DNA from: Eledone cirrhosa
Lineage: Eukaryota
Length of the DNA: 64,000 nt
Reading direction: 5' to 3'
NCBI GenBank assembly: GCA_964016885.1
Contig: OZ024743.1
Location: forward strand, 111,166,001 to 111,230,000
Shown: piece after piece, positions 1 to 13,029 of the stretch
How the letters are laid out: each line of letters opens with the position of its first letter
Position numbering within the stretch: position 1 is the first letter of the stretch
Translations under genes and position numbers: made by a program
Notes under the pieces: model-generated
What the model was told of the DNA's origin: nothing
What the model saw: the letters and a program-made list of their open reading frames with translations, nothing else
Databases searched by the model: none

Positions 1-314
<314 letters not shown>

Positions 315-318
<4 letters not shown>

Positions 319-870
319 ATAATAATAAATTTGAAGACTAAAATCCAAAGAGGGCTCGATAGGATAAATATATATCAAATATATAAGAACCGTAGAGCAA
401 ATATTTATTAAAATAACAGATTAAAGTTTAAGCAAAGAATCGCTGCTTTCACCCTTAACGGGATCTTCTGAAACTAACAAAGTCAATCTGTAAACGCAGA
501 AGTGGATATTTCAAAAAACGTTGCAGCCGGAGGAAGACAGGAAGACGATACTTTGGTTCGTGGAAACGTTCCCTGGCAAAGAAGGGGAAAAAACGAATAT
601 AATACGTCATTAATAGGAGCGGTGAAAACAATTACGCGCAAAGCCATTACCACGTTTATGGTATAAAAGAGGTCGTAGACTAATGTTCTCTTAGGTGGTT
701 CATAGGGACGTTCTCTGGCAATGAACGGAAAAAACGAAGATAATACGTCATATGTGGATCGTGGATAACAATTGCACGCAAAGACAAAACCACGTAAATG
801 GTATAGCTGAAGTCGTAGACTAAAATTCTAACTAGGAAACCGAATGAATCTCCGTTTCAGAGTTAAGAAT
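315..870 (-). repeat. Family A pseudo-LTR-like repeat (PLE-associated), copy 1
   Basis: Highly similar to 56758-57312. Partial copies at 56051-56150 and 62748-62844. All abut (TA)n. Contains an internal ~140-bp tandem subrepeat (567-830). Confidence 0.85.
425..475 (-). ncRNA. Putative hammerhead ribozyme variant (family A)
   Basis: Minus strand: agttt-CAGAAGA-tccc gttaa gggt-GAAA-GCAG cgattct TTGC-TT-aaact. Stems I and III pair. Core has U4A and stem II starts with a U.U mismatch. Identical at 56868-56918. Confidence 0.5.
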
Positions 871-929
871 ATACTACTAACTGTAATTGTAGGAATCGGG
901 TTGATTGGTACACACCATACTTTCGGGCT

Positions 930-1200
930 ATAGGTATATGTTATACCTTGTGGAACTTTGGTATTTAATATTGAATGACCATCTTTTTCTATTCTAATAT
1001 ACGATTATTTGTATTGTAACATGAAGAATGTTGTGGGTTGGATTGTCAGAGTCTGGCAAGCTTATTGAATGCATAGTGCATAGAGACGGTGCTTGTAATG
1101 TTTTTAAAAGACTATTGTTATAATGAACACAATTATGAGACATATCTTCAGGAATACAACTATTTAATAAGAATACATTAATAACAATATCATTATAGGG
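930..1200 (-). pseudogene. Degenerate PLE GIY-YIG C-terminal remnant (tentative)
   Basis: Minus strand reads ...RIEK(R/D).. ILNTKVPQGI, resembling the Neptune-type E..WI..L.T..P.GLN end. It lies just upstream of the family A repeat. Confidence 0.35.
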
Positions 1201-4200
1201 TTTTACCAAGGAGATTTTAATCCATGATTATCCCTGGTTTTAATCCATGATTCTACCTGGTTTCTAGAACAATTAAATATATAAATGCGAACAAAACATT
1301 TATAACACTTTTCTTGTAGCTTTGCATTTATTAGTGAACGTAATGTTTTAGTATCTAATTAATTTTCATCTAATTATATTTTTCGTAATCTTGAGCAGAG
1401 TAAAGTACTAACGAAGAACGTTGGATTTTACCAATCGAACAAAACACATACTGGATTAACAAAATGCCTTTATGTGATCTGTCATACGACGTCTTAAAAG
1501 ATAACAGCCATATCTAACGCACGTCAAACCAAGCCCATTCAATCAACGATACATTGGACAATGTATTCCATACACACTATGTGTGACATAACACGAGGGA
1601 TGGAAGGCTTTTTATGTATCGGTTCTGACGCAACCCTGGGCACCATCAAACTATAACGGCGAACTGATTCAGCCGGGAAAAGTCAGATTTCATAAAGAAA
1701 AGTTAACAACAATGATAAATCGTAAAACCTGAAGAATATAAACATAAATAGCAAATCGCGAACGTGTTACAAATAAAGTAACTAGTGATTGAACTGATAA
1801 GTTTTCAAGACATTTATCTCACAAGTAGCGACTTCAAAATTTATTCAAATTCATGGTCGAAACGTTTGAAACTCTTAACAATTAACACATGTTATTGTTA
1901 TTGTGAACAAGACAAGATTATTCCCTCAGAAAATGTCGTTGTTTGTACCGTTTGGACGTCAAAACACACACACATGATGAATGCGTGTAAAGTTTTAGAG
2001 ACCAATTTGTAAATTATCTAGGCCGCTTGCATATAATGTGGGTGCCATTAAAGCATCGTAACGTTGCCATGTATGAAAACGTTATTTACATTGCACTATC
2101 GAATACATATATTATTCATAGCAGTATGCGAAAATTAATCGGTGAATTGAAGTATATTTTGTAAATGAAGTTTTAAAACTGTCTTTACAAATACTATATA
2201 AACATTATTTTCAATGGTTTAGAATAATTTACTTCAAATGAATATAGAGAAGGCAGAGCTTGGGTGGCATACCCGAATCCGTTGTGCATCACTATTAATG
2301 CAATGTAAGTTTTTACATAGGTGACTGTTCAAGCATGTGAAAGATAGGTATGTATCTAACATTTATAAAGATTGTTACAATTTGCTTGTGTTTCAATGAG
2401 TGCGATTTCTTCCGAGTTTTCCTTTACATTCTTCTCAGTAATGTATGTGTTTGGAAGTCAGTAAATTATGCGTCATGCTGCTGGATTTTGTTTTGTCTAG
2501 TTTTGTTGTTAAAAGTGTATATACATAGCGAGAGTTTTTAAATCATCCGAAATACGAAGACTACTGGCGGATGTATATTTTTATAAAGTTATTATTGTAA
2601 GTGACAGTAACATCTCTAGCTAGTGCTATCTGATAGTGTTCTTTCGGTAAATGTAGGAAAACGACAGTCAACGTATGAGTGTGTGAAGGCGAGGCTCAGA
2701 CATACTTTGTATTTGAAATAGACTGAATAAAAAAGTGATAGCTGACCAATTCTCGTACTCTATTTATAAAGAACCCATTACGCCTCTCTGCAATATGAGC
2801 GATTCCAGAACGCACATACCGTGCAGTATATGATCATAATTTTATTTCGGTCTTTCTTACATTCAGAAAGACTTCCTACGAATATACCGAGTATAAATGC
2901 TAGGAAAAGTCAGCATAGTCCCAACGACAACATAGGATGAGAATATAAACTAATATTAATTGAAACATAGCTCTCATTAAATGTTTTAACTGAGAAATGC
3001 AACAGGAAGTGTCTTTAATTCTAGAGTTGGTATAAACAGTACTAATCGGATACTTCTATGATTTGGCAGATTGTTCAAGCTGCCTTGATGTGTCAATAAC
3101 TCTTTCACAATTATTTAAGTTTGAATTGGAATTTTTCTTTTATATATTATAGAGTTTTTAAAAAAGATAACTACATCGGTAGTTTTCCATAATGTAATGT
3201 GCTTCTTTTTCAGTAATTGTGTTTTAAATAACGCGTACTCGTAGTTGAGCTATAGTGGGGGTGCGTTGATATAGAGTGTATTTTGGGCATTTAAAACTTG
3301 GCGGAACTAAACACAAAAGATGTCTTCTTGTGAAAAAGAGAGAACGAGCCTGAGATAGGAGGGGAGAGAATGTAATATAGAGTTTTCACTCGATGAATAA
3401 CTCGAATGCAAATGTATTGAAACAATGAAAGATCAAGTTGAACTCAGTGGGACTTCAATGTAATTCCCAGAAAACCAGAATAATACTGCAAGGCTTTCTA
3501 TACGTCCTTTTAAATCAATTTCACCACCCTAAAATACATCAAATTTTTGATGAAGTAAAACTAAAACATTTTAACATCTGCGTTTCTCTAAATGGTTATG
3601 TTTTGTATTTTGATAGTTTTAGTGCCGATAGTTTTATCTAGAATGATTGCGTCACTCCACACTTCCGTGTATACTTTTTACTTATTATCGTATCTCATGA
3701 AATAGAATTTTAAGCAATAAATAGTGAAATATGAGATTAATAGCTCTGAAAATGTGGTTAAATACCTTTGTAACTGACGGGAGAATCTTATAAATCACTT
3801 GTGATGAGCGCATTAAATTTATAAGATTAGAAGCATAGTTTACAAGCGAATTATTGTGGGATAAAAAGTGAATAACTGGCGATTGTTATAGAGGAATATA
3901 ATCAATTGATATTTAATTATCTTAATTTGCATTTATTCTTATAGAATTACTCTCCACCCTGCGACATATTAGAGGAAGAAAATATTTACTTTGCTTTATG
4001 CAAACGTAGAATTGAATTCAATGTCGCAGTTGAATCAAATATTTGAAAGCAAAAACAATTACTTACATTTATGGCCAAAGAAAAAATATAAAAAACTCGC
4101 TTTACACATCTGTAATAATATTCAAAATAATTTCAATACTAGACCCGATTGAAAGATAAAAAGACAAATGTTGTCCCGAGGGACATAACATCCCATCGCT

Positions 4201-5281
4201 TTATCGATTATGTGACATATTGTGTTTGGATTGAATAAAATACAAAAGTTCAATATTAAAATACAGTACCAATGAATCAAAGGCCGTTTATATCCTGCAC
4301 GTTAAAAAGATTGTAATCCACAGTCCTAATTATACTAAATGATAATAATAGTTGTTTCTATATTTAATAAAAGGCAGCAAATTGATGAGACAAAAGCACC
4401 ATTATATCGACCGAAGTGCGTTTGTAGTGCTTTATTATATCGATACCAAATGAGAGATAGATAATTAGTTGAATATAAAAAGGGAAATTAACGAACCTAA
4501 ATGTATTCCACAAGGCATGTTCTTCTCGGTTGTATCGGGCGTTCTAATATACCCCAGTATAATTAGTCAGAATGATATGGCCGACTGGACATTATCACTT
4601 ATACATGCTACTTGCAATATTACTGAATGATTTACATTAAAACGAAAATATATAATGTTTTGTTTAGAAAATGTGTATGTATTTTTCTAATTATGTAAAA
4701 TTGTACTATTTAATCGCGTCTCGCTTCTTCACGAAAACGCCGAGGCGAATTGAGCCTTGCGTTCGGAACCCTAGAGCCATCTGCTTGACTCTGCCGACTC
4801 GTATTCTTGCGGTAGTTATTCTATAGGTTGTTGACAGTATTGTTTATATTAGCACACAATTTAATACCTATGGAAGATAAAGAGTATAAATGGCAAGTAG
4901 AGTTTACAAAAATTCCTATGATTGCAGTTTCATTAATAGTTTATCTACAGTGAACTAGCAACATACATGTCAAACATGAGCTTTGTCAGATACACTCTTC
5001 GCGAATTGGAAAATTCAAATTATATACTGTAATTTCATTTAACATCAAATGACACAATTTGAAGACATTTCGGTTTCATTTCAATCTTCGGTTTTCCGTT
5101 TGTCTTCACAATGCTCATTATAATGTTCACGATCATCATCATCACCAACAGCATCACCACGATTACGCCCAGTACAACTGCCAACTACAACATACCCATT
5201 AACAGATACAAAAAGTGCATCATCATCATTCTCACCATCTTCACTTCGTTATTTCTTGTATGACTTCTACTCCTCGTATAT

Positions 5282-5358
5282 TTCTTCTTCTTCTTCTTCT
5301 TCTTCTTCTTCTTCTTCTTCTTCTTCTTCTTCTTCTTCTTCTTCTTCTTCTTCTTCTT
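5282..5358. repeat. (TTC)n microsatellite
   Basis: Direct; explains the poly-S and poly-K ORFs. Confidence 0.97.
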
Positions 5359-5797
5359 TACTGATATTATTGTTATTATCATTGTTATTATTATCCTTAT
5401 TAAAAATAATACTATTACGGTGGTTAAAAGAAAAGTTGAACTGTTGGAATAATAAGGGTGGATCAGCAATTTCAATTAAATTTTATTAATAAAGCCTTAC
5501 CGTGTCATTAGTTCCTTAACGAGTTGCTTAGAAGTAGAGGCCATGGGCGATCACATCAAAGCAATTAGCACTGTAATATTTTCCCTTTAAAAATCATTAG
5601 CACCATTTTATTGAATTATCTCTTGCTATTTAATAAAGTTAGAAACTGTTTATTGCAACATACACATATACACACAATTACCCATACACTCTCACAGAAA
5701 AAATATACATTTAGAAGTAGAAGCACATAAGTCGCCATTGAAACTAAACTAAATTTTTCCATATACTATCACTCAAAAATTCAGTGTTTATATATAT

Positions 5798-5887
<90 letters not shown>

Positions 5888-5894
5888 GTGTGTG

Positions 5895-6274
<380 letters not shown>

Positions 6275-6450
6275 TGCGTGTGTATGTGTATAGATCTGAG
6301 GATGGTGGTAAGGAATATTGTATAAAAAATCAATGGAAAAGGAACATTTGATTATTTTTAGAATTAATTCTACAACTCTAGATTAACATGTCTATTAATA
6401 TAATTATTCAAGACATATTGAGTAACTTCAGGTTATATAACATGTATAAT

Positions 6451-6637
6451 TGTTACTACATTTGGCACAAGGCAAGCAATAACCCAGTACATTACTTGTA
6501 CTTTATTTTATCGACCCCGTAAAGATGAAAGGCAAAGTGAACCTCGGCGGGATTTGAACTCAGACCATAAAGGACGTAACTCTTTGCTGTAAAGCATGGC
6601 GTCCGACAATCTACCGACACAACCAATCCACCGCCTC
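6451..6637 (-). mobile_element. tRNA-derived SINE with 23-bp target-site duplication
   Basis: B-box-like gagttcaaatcc on the minus strand. TSD tcaggttatataacatgtataat at 6428-6450 and 6638-6660. Multiple copies in the window. Confidence 0.88.
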
Positions 6638-6801
6638 TCAGGTTATATAACATGTATAATGGAATATGTCACCAATCATCATATATCTGTCTGGTGTATG
6701 CTCATATATGTATAGCAATATCAGTTTCAACACACGTTTTCAGATAAAGAATCTTGCTAAATAAATTCAGAAACGATATATATACGATATACCTTCATTG
6801 T

Positions 6802-7019
<218 letters not shown>

Positions 7020-7143
7020 ACAATGAAGGTTTTTTTTTACTAAAAAATAATCGGAACAAGATGTCTTACACGGGTGAAAGTATAAGGGAAAGCAATCGAA
7101 AATGCAACTGTAAAAACTTTTTAAAATTATTTATTTATATTTC

Positions 7144-7179
7144 CTTTACCCGTTTCACAGTTCTTATGTTTTTCAAAAC
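7144..7179 (-). ncRNA. Minimal hammerhead ribozyme, U3:A8 variant
   Basis: Minus strand: tt-TTGAAAA-aca taagaac tgt-GAAA-CGGG-TA-aa, followed by AATAAA. Second copy near 8718-8754 has GAAACCGCTA; consensus stem III would be the palindrome ACCGGT. Confidence 0.55.
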
Positions 7180-7569
7180 TAGATTTGAGATGGTGGTTTT
7201 CATGTTTCTCTCACATCTCTTTTTTAATTCATCTATAATCTCTCATTCCCCTCGATTCATGTAGGTTTGGGTTTAAGTTGTGGTAGTTCATAGTATGGGA
7301 AAGTTGATATGGGGTTGCAAAATGTGTTGGGTTGTAGCTGCTTTTATTCCATAAAATTGATTATTGGCTATTCTTCTTGTCAAAATTCCTCTGTTAGATG
7401 TAATGTTCTACAGAAGTGTGAAATACTCTACCATTGTGGTGTTGGTATGCATTTTAGTCCTTTTGAGAGAATTATAATTTGTTGGCTTGAGAAGTTTGTA
7501 TTTGATAGATACATTATTTTCGGTTTTTTGAAATCGGTTTGTACCACATAGTGTGCTGTAGCCTTCATC

Positions 7570-8560
7570 TAAAAAAATGATCGTTCTGAATTGTTTTTTG
7601 ATGGGTATTATATTATCTAATGACATTTTCCCTGTTAATGTGTGGTCTTGTAGAGAAGTTTCGGAGTACTTAGGTTCGGCTTGGAGGTTCGGGTTTTAAT
7701 ATTTGTTTCTTTGTGTGAGATTCGCGTCTACGATTTTGGAACAAGTTCTGTGCGGCTTGGGATCTACGGAACGTGTCCTCTCTTGTGTTAGGGGGTACTC
7801 GGGTTTGTTTAGTTGGGTTATAGTTTTGATTATGGATTCTGGGATTAACGTCATAGTTTTGGTGGGGGTAAGTTTGACGTTTAGTTAATTTTTTTTTTCT
7901 TTTGTAGTGAATGTGATGTGTGAAATTTAGCTTGATTTAAACATGGGTTCGTTCCTGAAATCCATTTCGTACTTGTTGAACCAGGTGGTGTTTTTTTCCT
8001 AAGTTTGATATTATTTTCATATAGTATGCTTTCAGACTGCCTTGAGATTTCTGTTTCGATAAGTTAGTCGAGTGACTTTCATTTTTCTTCGTTGGAGTCA
8101 CCTCTTAACCGTAACAGATCTATTTCTATCTTATACTTTTCTAAAGCCATCTTTCCCTAATGTTTTGGTGGTTTTCTGATTCATTCTGGATGAGTTTTAA
8201 TTCGAATTTTTTGCGGGATGATTGGAGTACAATTTAGCCACTTTTCATATATATCTGCTTTGCCGTTATTTTTTCAGGAGATTCCAAAATACAAATTTGC
8301 GGGCTGTGATTTCTTGAATCCATATATTGTTTAGGGTGGGTTCTAATGGTCATTCCTGGTTTGGCGCATTGCTGTCTGAATGGTTTTGTTTAGTTTGGTT
8401 AATGTTGGAATAATACCCGTCTCTTGGGTATTTTCTTTTTCTGCATGGGGTACATATTTCTAGATATGTCTTTGGTCCACATTGTTGATCAAGAATGAAA
8501 GCTTCGAGGACATATCTTTAAGTTGCATTAAGATGTCCTGGTACAGTATGTTGTCATTTT
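7570..8560 (-). pseudogene. Disrupted upstream ORF (ORF1-like, helical/charged) of the RT-less PLE
   Basis: Frameshifted translation NIWIQEITARKFVFWNLLK..NGKADIYEKWLNCTPIIP.KFELKLIQNESENHQNIRER/MALEKYKIEIDLLRLRG, ending ..IFLDEG at the T7AG site. Confidence 0.55.
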
Positions 8561-8999
8561 CTTGAGACTTTGGTGCCAATTCCTGTTCTCGGGTTGCGGG
8601 TATGTATAAGAATATGAGGTATCCTTGATAGAAAAATGAGATGTCCTAGACGGGTGAATGTATAAGGGGAAAAATCGAAAATGTAACTGGAGTCTTTTTG
8701 AGAATAATTATTTATTTCTTTTAGCGGTTTCACAGTTCTTAAGCTTTTCAAAAGTAGAATTGATGAGTGAGAAACCACAAACCCTCCATCTCAATCCTCC
8801 TCTTGAAAAACAAAAGAAATGCGACAGCGGTAAATGAAATAAATGAATATTATTTAAAAGTCTCCAGTTGCATTTTCGATTTCTTTTCCTTATATATATA
8901 TATATAGAAAAATATATATATATATATATATAATCCGATGCTTCAAATGCAGGTTTAGTTTGTGTATGTCCTCTATTATATTTCAAACACACATACGCA

Positions 9000-9173
<174 letters not shown>

Positions 9174-9216
9174 TTAAGAATATTTTCGAAACAGCGAGTT
9201 GATTTGAAATTATTAG

Positions 9217-9436
9217 AAATGTAAGCTATCGCCGTATTTTGACTAAAGAAATTAAAGAAATTATTTAGCCTGATAGTGGTCTTAAGAACCCTTGGAGAAA
9301 TAGGAAAAGATGAGTATTGACGTACATGCACGTCAATACTCATCTTTTTCCATTTCTCCGAGGGTTCTTAGCCCCACTATCAGGCTAAATAATTTCTTTA
9401 ATTTCTTTAGTCAAAATACGGCGACAGCTTACATTT
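9217..9436. repeat. Foldback inverted repeat, about 105-bp arms
   Basis: aaatgtaagctatcgccgtattttgact...attgacgt / cgtcaatact...aaaatacggcgacagcttacattt, centre near 9326. Confidence 0.9.
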
Positions 9437-9460
9437 ATTATAATATATATATATTATAAA

Positions 9461-11858
9461 ATGGTCGGTTGCCCCCATGTCTCTGATTTTCAGCACCATG
9501 GATTTTGTCTATTATATTTCTTTGTTTTATTTCGAATACCTGATGATGTCACCGGACTCATACTGAACGGCCATTGAAATGATCGTTGTATAATAAACCT
9601 TTTAAGGAATTATACCAGTCCAGCCTCCTGTTATTTTATAATAAGTAACTCCGTACTCGCACCACCAACAACACAAACGAAGACGGGTGAGTTGAATTAC
9701 GTCGAGTGCTCTCCATAATATTACATCGAGGTTGACCATACGGAATGACCAGTTCTATCCAGTGGTGAACCAACAAACCTAAATAAATAATACTCCAGGA
9801 AATGTTGAGCGCTTTCAAATGTAATAATGAACAGGGGCCCTGGCTCCAGTGTAAAGCTATCGCCAGCATGTGACTAACTACAAACCATTCGGATTTTGGC
9901 TGCATTAAGATAAGTCTACCGCCCACCCAGACAATGCATTGCTGCTTCCCTGTCGTGAATACTGAGACCACGCCAGACCTCAGATTCTTCAAAAAATCAA
10001 CATATTCTACTATACCCTGTATTGTATTGACTACATTCTCTATCCTATATTTTAGGGCTATTGTGTTTCACATTGAAAATTAAGACTCGAACCTACACTG
10101 GGTATCACCTGATACCTCTCTAACTCTTCCATCATCTACATCTATATGTATAACCTTGTATTCTCTAACCGGGCTATATATTGTCCATTTACTGCACCTT
10201 GATCTGTATCTTATTTCTTAAGTATTTTGACTTCTTCGATATGCTCTTATATGCTTCCATTTTACTCACTCATTTACCAGCCTAGGTATGACTGCACTTT
10301 ATTTATGCATTTTAAATATGTATTTATTTATGTTATTTATGTTTATATTTATCCCCCCCCCTTATATACTTATCTTCGTACTCATTAGCACACGACCCTA
10401 TAATATTACTCTCTGTAGCCTTATATCTGTTTATCTCTATTCACTTCCCTACTCACTCAAGATTCACACTACATATAACCCGAACTAACTGGGGACTAAC
10501 TATAGTCTATTGACACAGTTCATCAGATTTTGTCACTTTTAAACTTCACATCATGGGTGTGAATAACTAATAATCGTTTGGTACGCGCGATGATCCGACG
10601 GTTATGGCGACTTTCCCGACTGCACGCCAAGCGCTCGGGTTAATCAGCCTTCCTAGAGTGCTTGGAAAAATTAAATTTCCCCCTCTTTCGGTAAACAAAT
10701 ATACTCGGAGCGGCTGTTTCGCCCTGGGGCCCTATCAGACTTGGAATCCGCCATGCAACCTGGTATTGACCGCCAAACAGTACCTTTAAATTCTAGGCTT
10801 AATCATAACTTCTAACTTTATCATGCCTCCTTCTACTAGCACTCAACTGAATCCCCCAACAGTGTGAATAACTAATAATCGCTAGGTATATACGATGGCC
10901 AGCTGACGGTCGCGGACTTCCCGCTAGCAGACCAGGCAATTCAAACAGTTAATATTCCTCGAGTGCTTCGAAAAATAAATTTCCCTTTCTTTTCCTAGAC
11001 GAACATACGCGGAACGCTTGACACGCTCTTGGGCCCCGGGCTGACCGGGGGTCTGCAACGTCACTGGGTAATGGCCGCTAAGCATGGGCTTAATCTTTGC
11101 TCTGTATTCCACCCTGAAGCTTTATCGTGAATATATATAATACACTTATACTTTTTCTTAAAAGCCTCCTTCTGTAAATTCTTTAACTTAATCTCCCAAC
11201 CTTAAACCTAAATCTTACTTCTCTAATTTTATATTAAATGGCATCGTTTAACTCTAAACATAAATTTAACGTTTCTAATTGCTAATCGTAATTTCTGACC
11301 ATACAATACACTGTTCTGACGCCATATATATAGCTCTGTTAAGGAAATATCTTTTTGGGAAGAAATATTTTTGGCGGCACATTTTAGCACTCATGACCAG
11401 CTTGAATGTAACCTGATTACACCGCTGGCCTCTCTCTTTGACATGGTGGTAGTAGGACACTATAAGCCTACGCCCCTCCACCACAACGACATATATAGAC
11501 TTAATAATCATCAGTTGAGGGCGGTTGACCGGGCTGTTAGCTGCTAAGTGGTCGGCCGCCCTCATGTCTCTGCTTTTCAACTACATGAATTTTGTTTATT
11601 ATATTTCTTTGCTATATTTCGAATGCATGATGATGTCACCGGATTCGTACTGGACCAGGTCATTTAAATGATCATAGTATAATAAACCTTTTAAGGAATT
11701 ACGCCAGTCCAGCCTACAGTTATTTTATAATAATTAACTCCGTACACGCACCACTCTAACAACACAAACGAAGACGGGTGAGTTGCATTAGGTCGATGGC
11801 TCGCCATAATATTACATCGAGATTGACCATACAGAATGACCATTTCTATCAAGTGGTA
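9461..11858 (+). mobile_element. Element bounded by ~310-bp direct repeats carrying hammerheads (non-autonomous PLE / retrozyme-like)
   Basis: Direct repeats 9461-9769 and 11548-11858, each with a hammerhead-like core followed by AATAAA. TA-rich flanks. No RT seen. Confidence 0.75.
9536..9591 (+). ncRNA. Minimal hammerhead ribozyme
   Basis: atac-CTGATGA-...-GAAA-T GATC G-TT-gtat-AATAAA. Stem I is atac/gtat. Second, degenerate copy near 11623-11680 has the stem III palindrome TGATCA. Confidence 0.65.
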
Positions 11859-11868
11859 AATACATATA

Positions 11869-11949
<81 letters not shown>

Positions 11950-12489
11950 AGTGTAATTTTCTACACAAAACGAAGGTTATAGAGAAAATTGAGGTTGGTA
12001 ATGGCACATGGAATATATAAGAGACAGAATACTTTTTTGTGAAAAAACATAATTTTATAAGGTAAGGAAATAATAAAGGGTATAAAAAATGACCGGTTTC
12101 GATGGGTCTGCAAAAGCCATCTTTTCAAATGTTGATTAATATTAAGAAAAATTAATAATACGAAGAGTTAAAATTTGAGACTTGAAAATTCAAGTATAAA
12201 ATTCATTGTGGGATTTCATAGCAGTTTTCATCTAGGTAGCAACAACAGGTTGACTGCTGTGTCCCTTTCTGGTAGTGAATGAGAAGTTATTTGGGGTGTG
12301 GGTTATTTTATAAAGGTCAGATTTAGCAATCACCAACTGGCCAGCTGCTGGTCAGTGAGGGGGTGGAAGCAATATACATACACATATCTTCCTGTGATGG
12401 GTAGGAGAGTGGAGCGTGATAGAAAAGGATTTAGTGCACTTACACCTATATATACACACATACCTTCATCCACACATACATACATATAC

Positions 12490-12526
<37 letters not shown>

Positions 12527-12591
12527 CACACATACATACACACACACATACATATACATACACACATACACACACACACATATATACACAT

Positions 12592-12638
<47 letters not shown>

Positions 12639-12703
12639 TATATATACATACACATACATCCAGATACACACATACATACACACACACACACACATATATA
12701 TAT

Positions 12704-12753
<50 letters not shown>

Positions 12754-13029
12754 CCCCACACATACATACACACACACATATATATATACATACACACATA
12801 CAAACATACACACACACACACACACATATATATACACACATACACACATATATATACACACACACACACACACACGCATATATATATATATATATATACA
12901 CATACGCATACATCCAGATACCCACATACATACACACACACACACACACACGCACACACAATACATACATCCACATGCACACACATACACACACACACAC
13001 ATATACACATACATACACCCACACACAGA

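Larger units (their letters stand above)
7040..8895 (-). mobile_element. Internally deleted (RT-less) Penelope-like element with direct pseudo-LTRs
   Basis: Direct repeats at about 7060-7195 and 8640-8770, plus an inverted partial copy at 8830-8895. Minus strand 7390-7530 reads IMYLSNTNFSSQQIIILSKGLKCIPTP..FCRTLHLTEEF, the PLE N-terminal NLS..L.KGL.F.PTP motif. No RT or GIY-YIG before the 3' repeat. Confidence 0.75.

Noticed and set aside
2220-2310. Possible small exon (ag...gtaagt)
   Set aside because: No recognisable product or partner exons; such signals are expected by chance.
10710-10742. CTGATAG-gGCCCcaGGGC-GAAAC on the minus strand
   Set aside because: Core is wrong at positions 8-9, there is no UH triplet, and it is not conserved in the sister repeat.
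12416-13029. His/Thr/Tyr-rich N-terminus of the 550-aa ORF
   Set aside because: Antisense pseudo-LTR microsatellite fortuitously in frame with the truncated PLE ORF.
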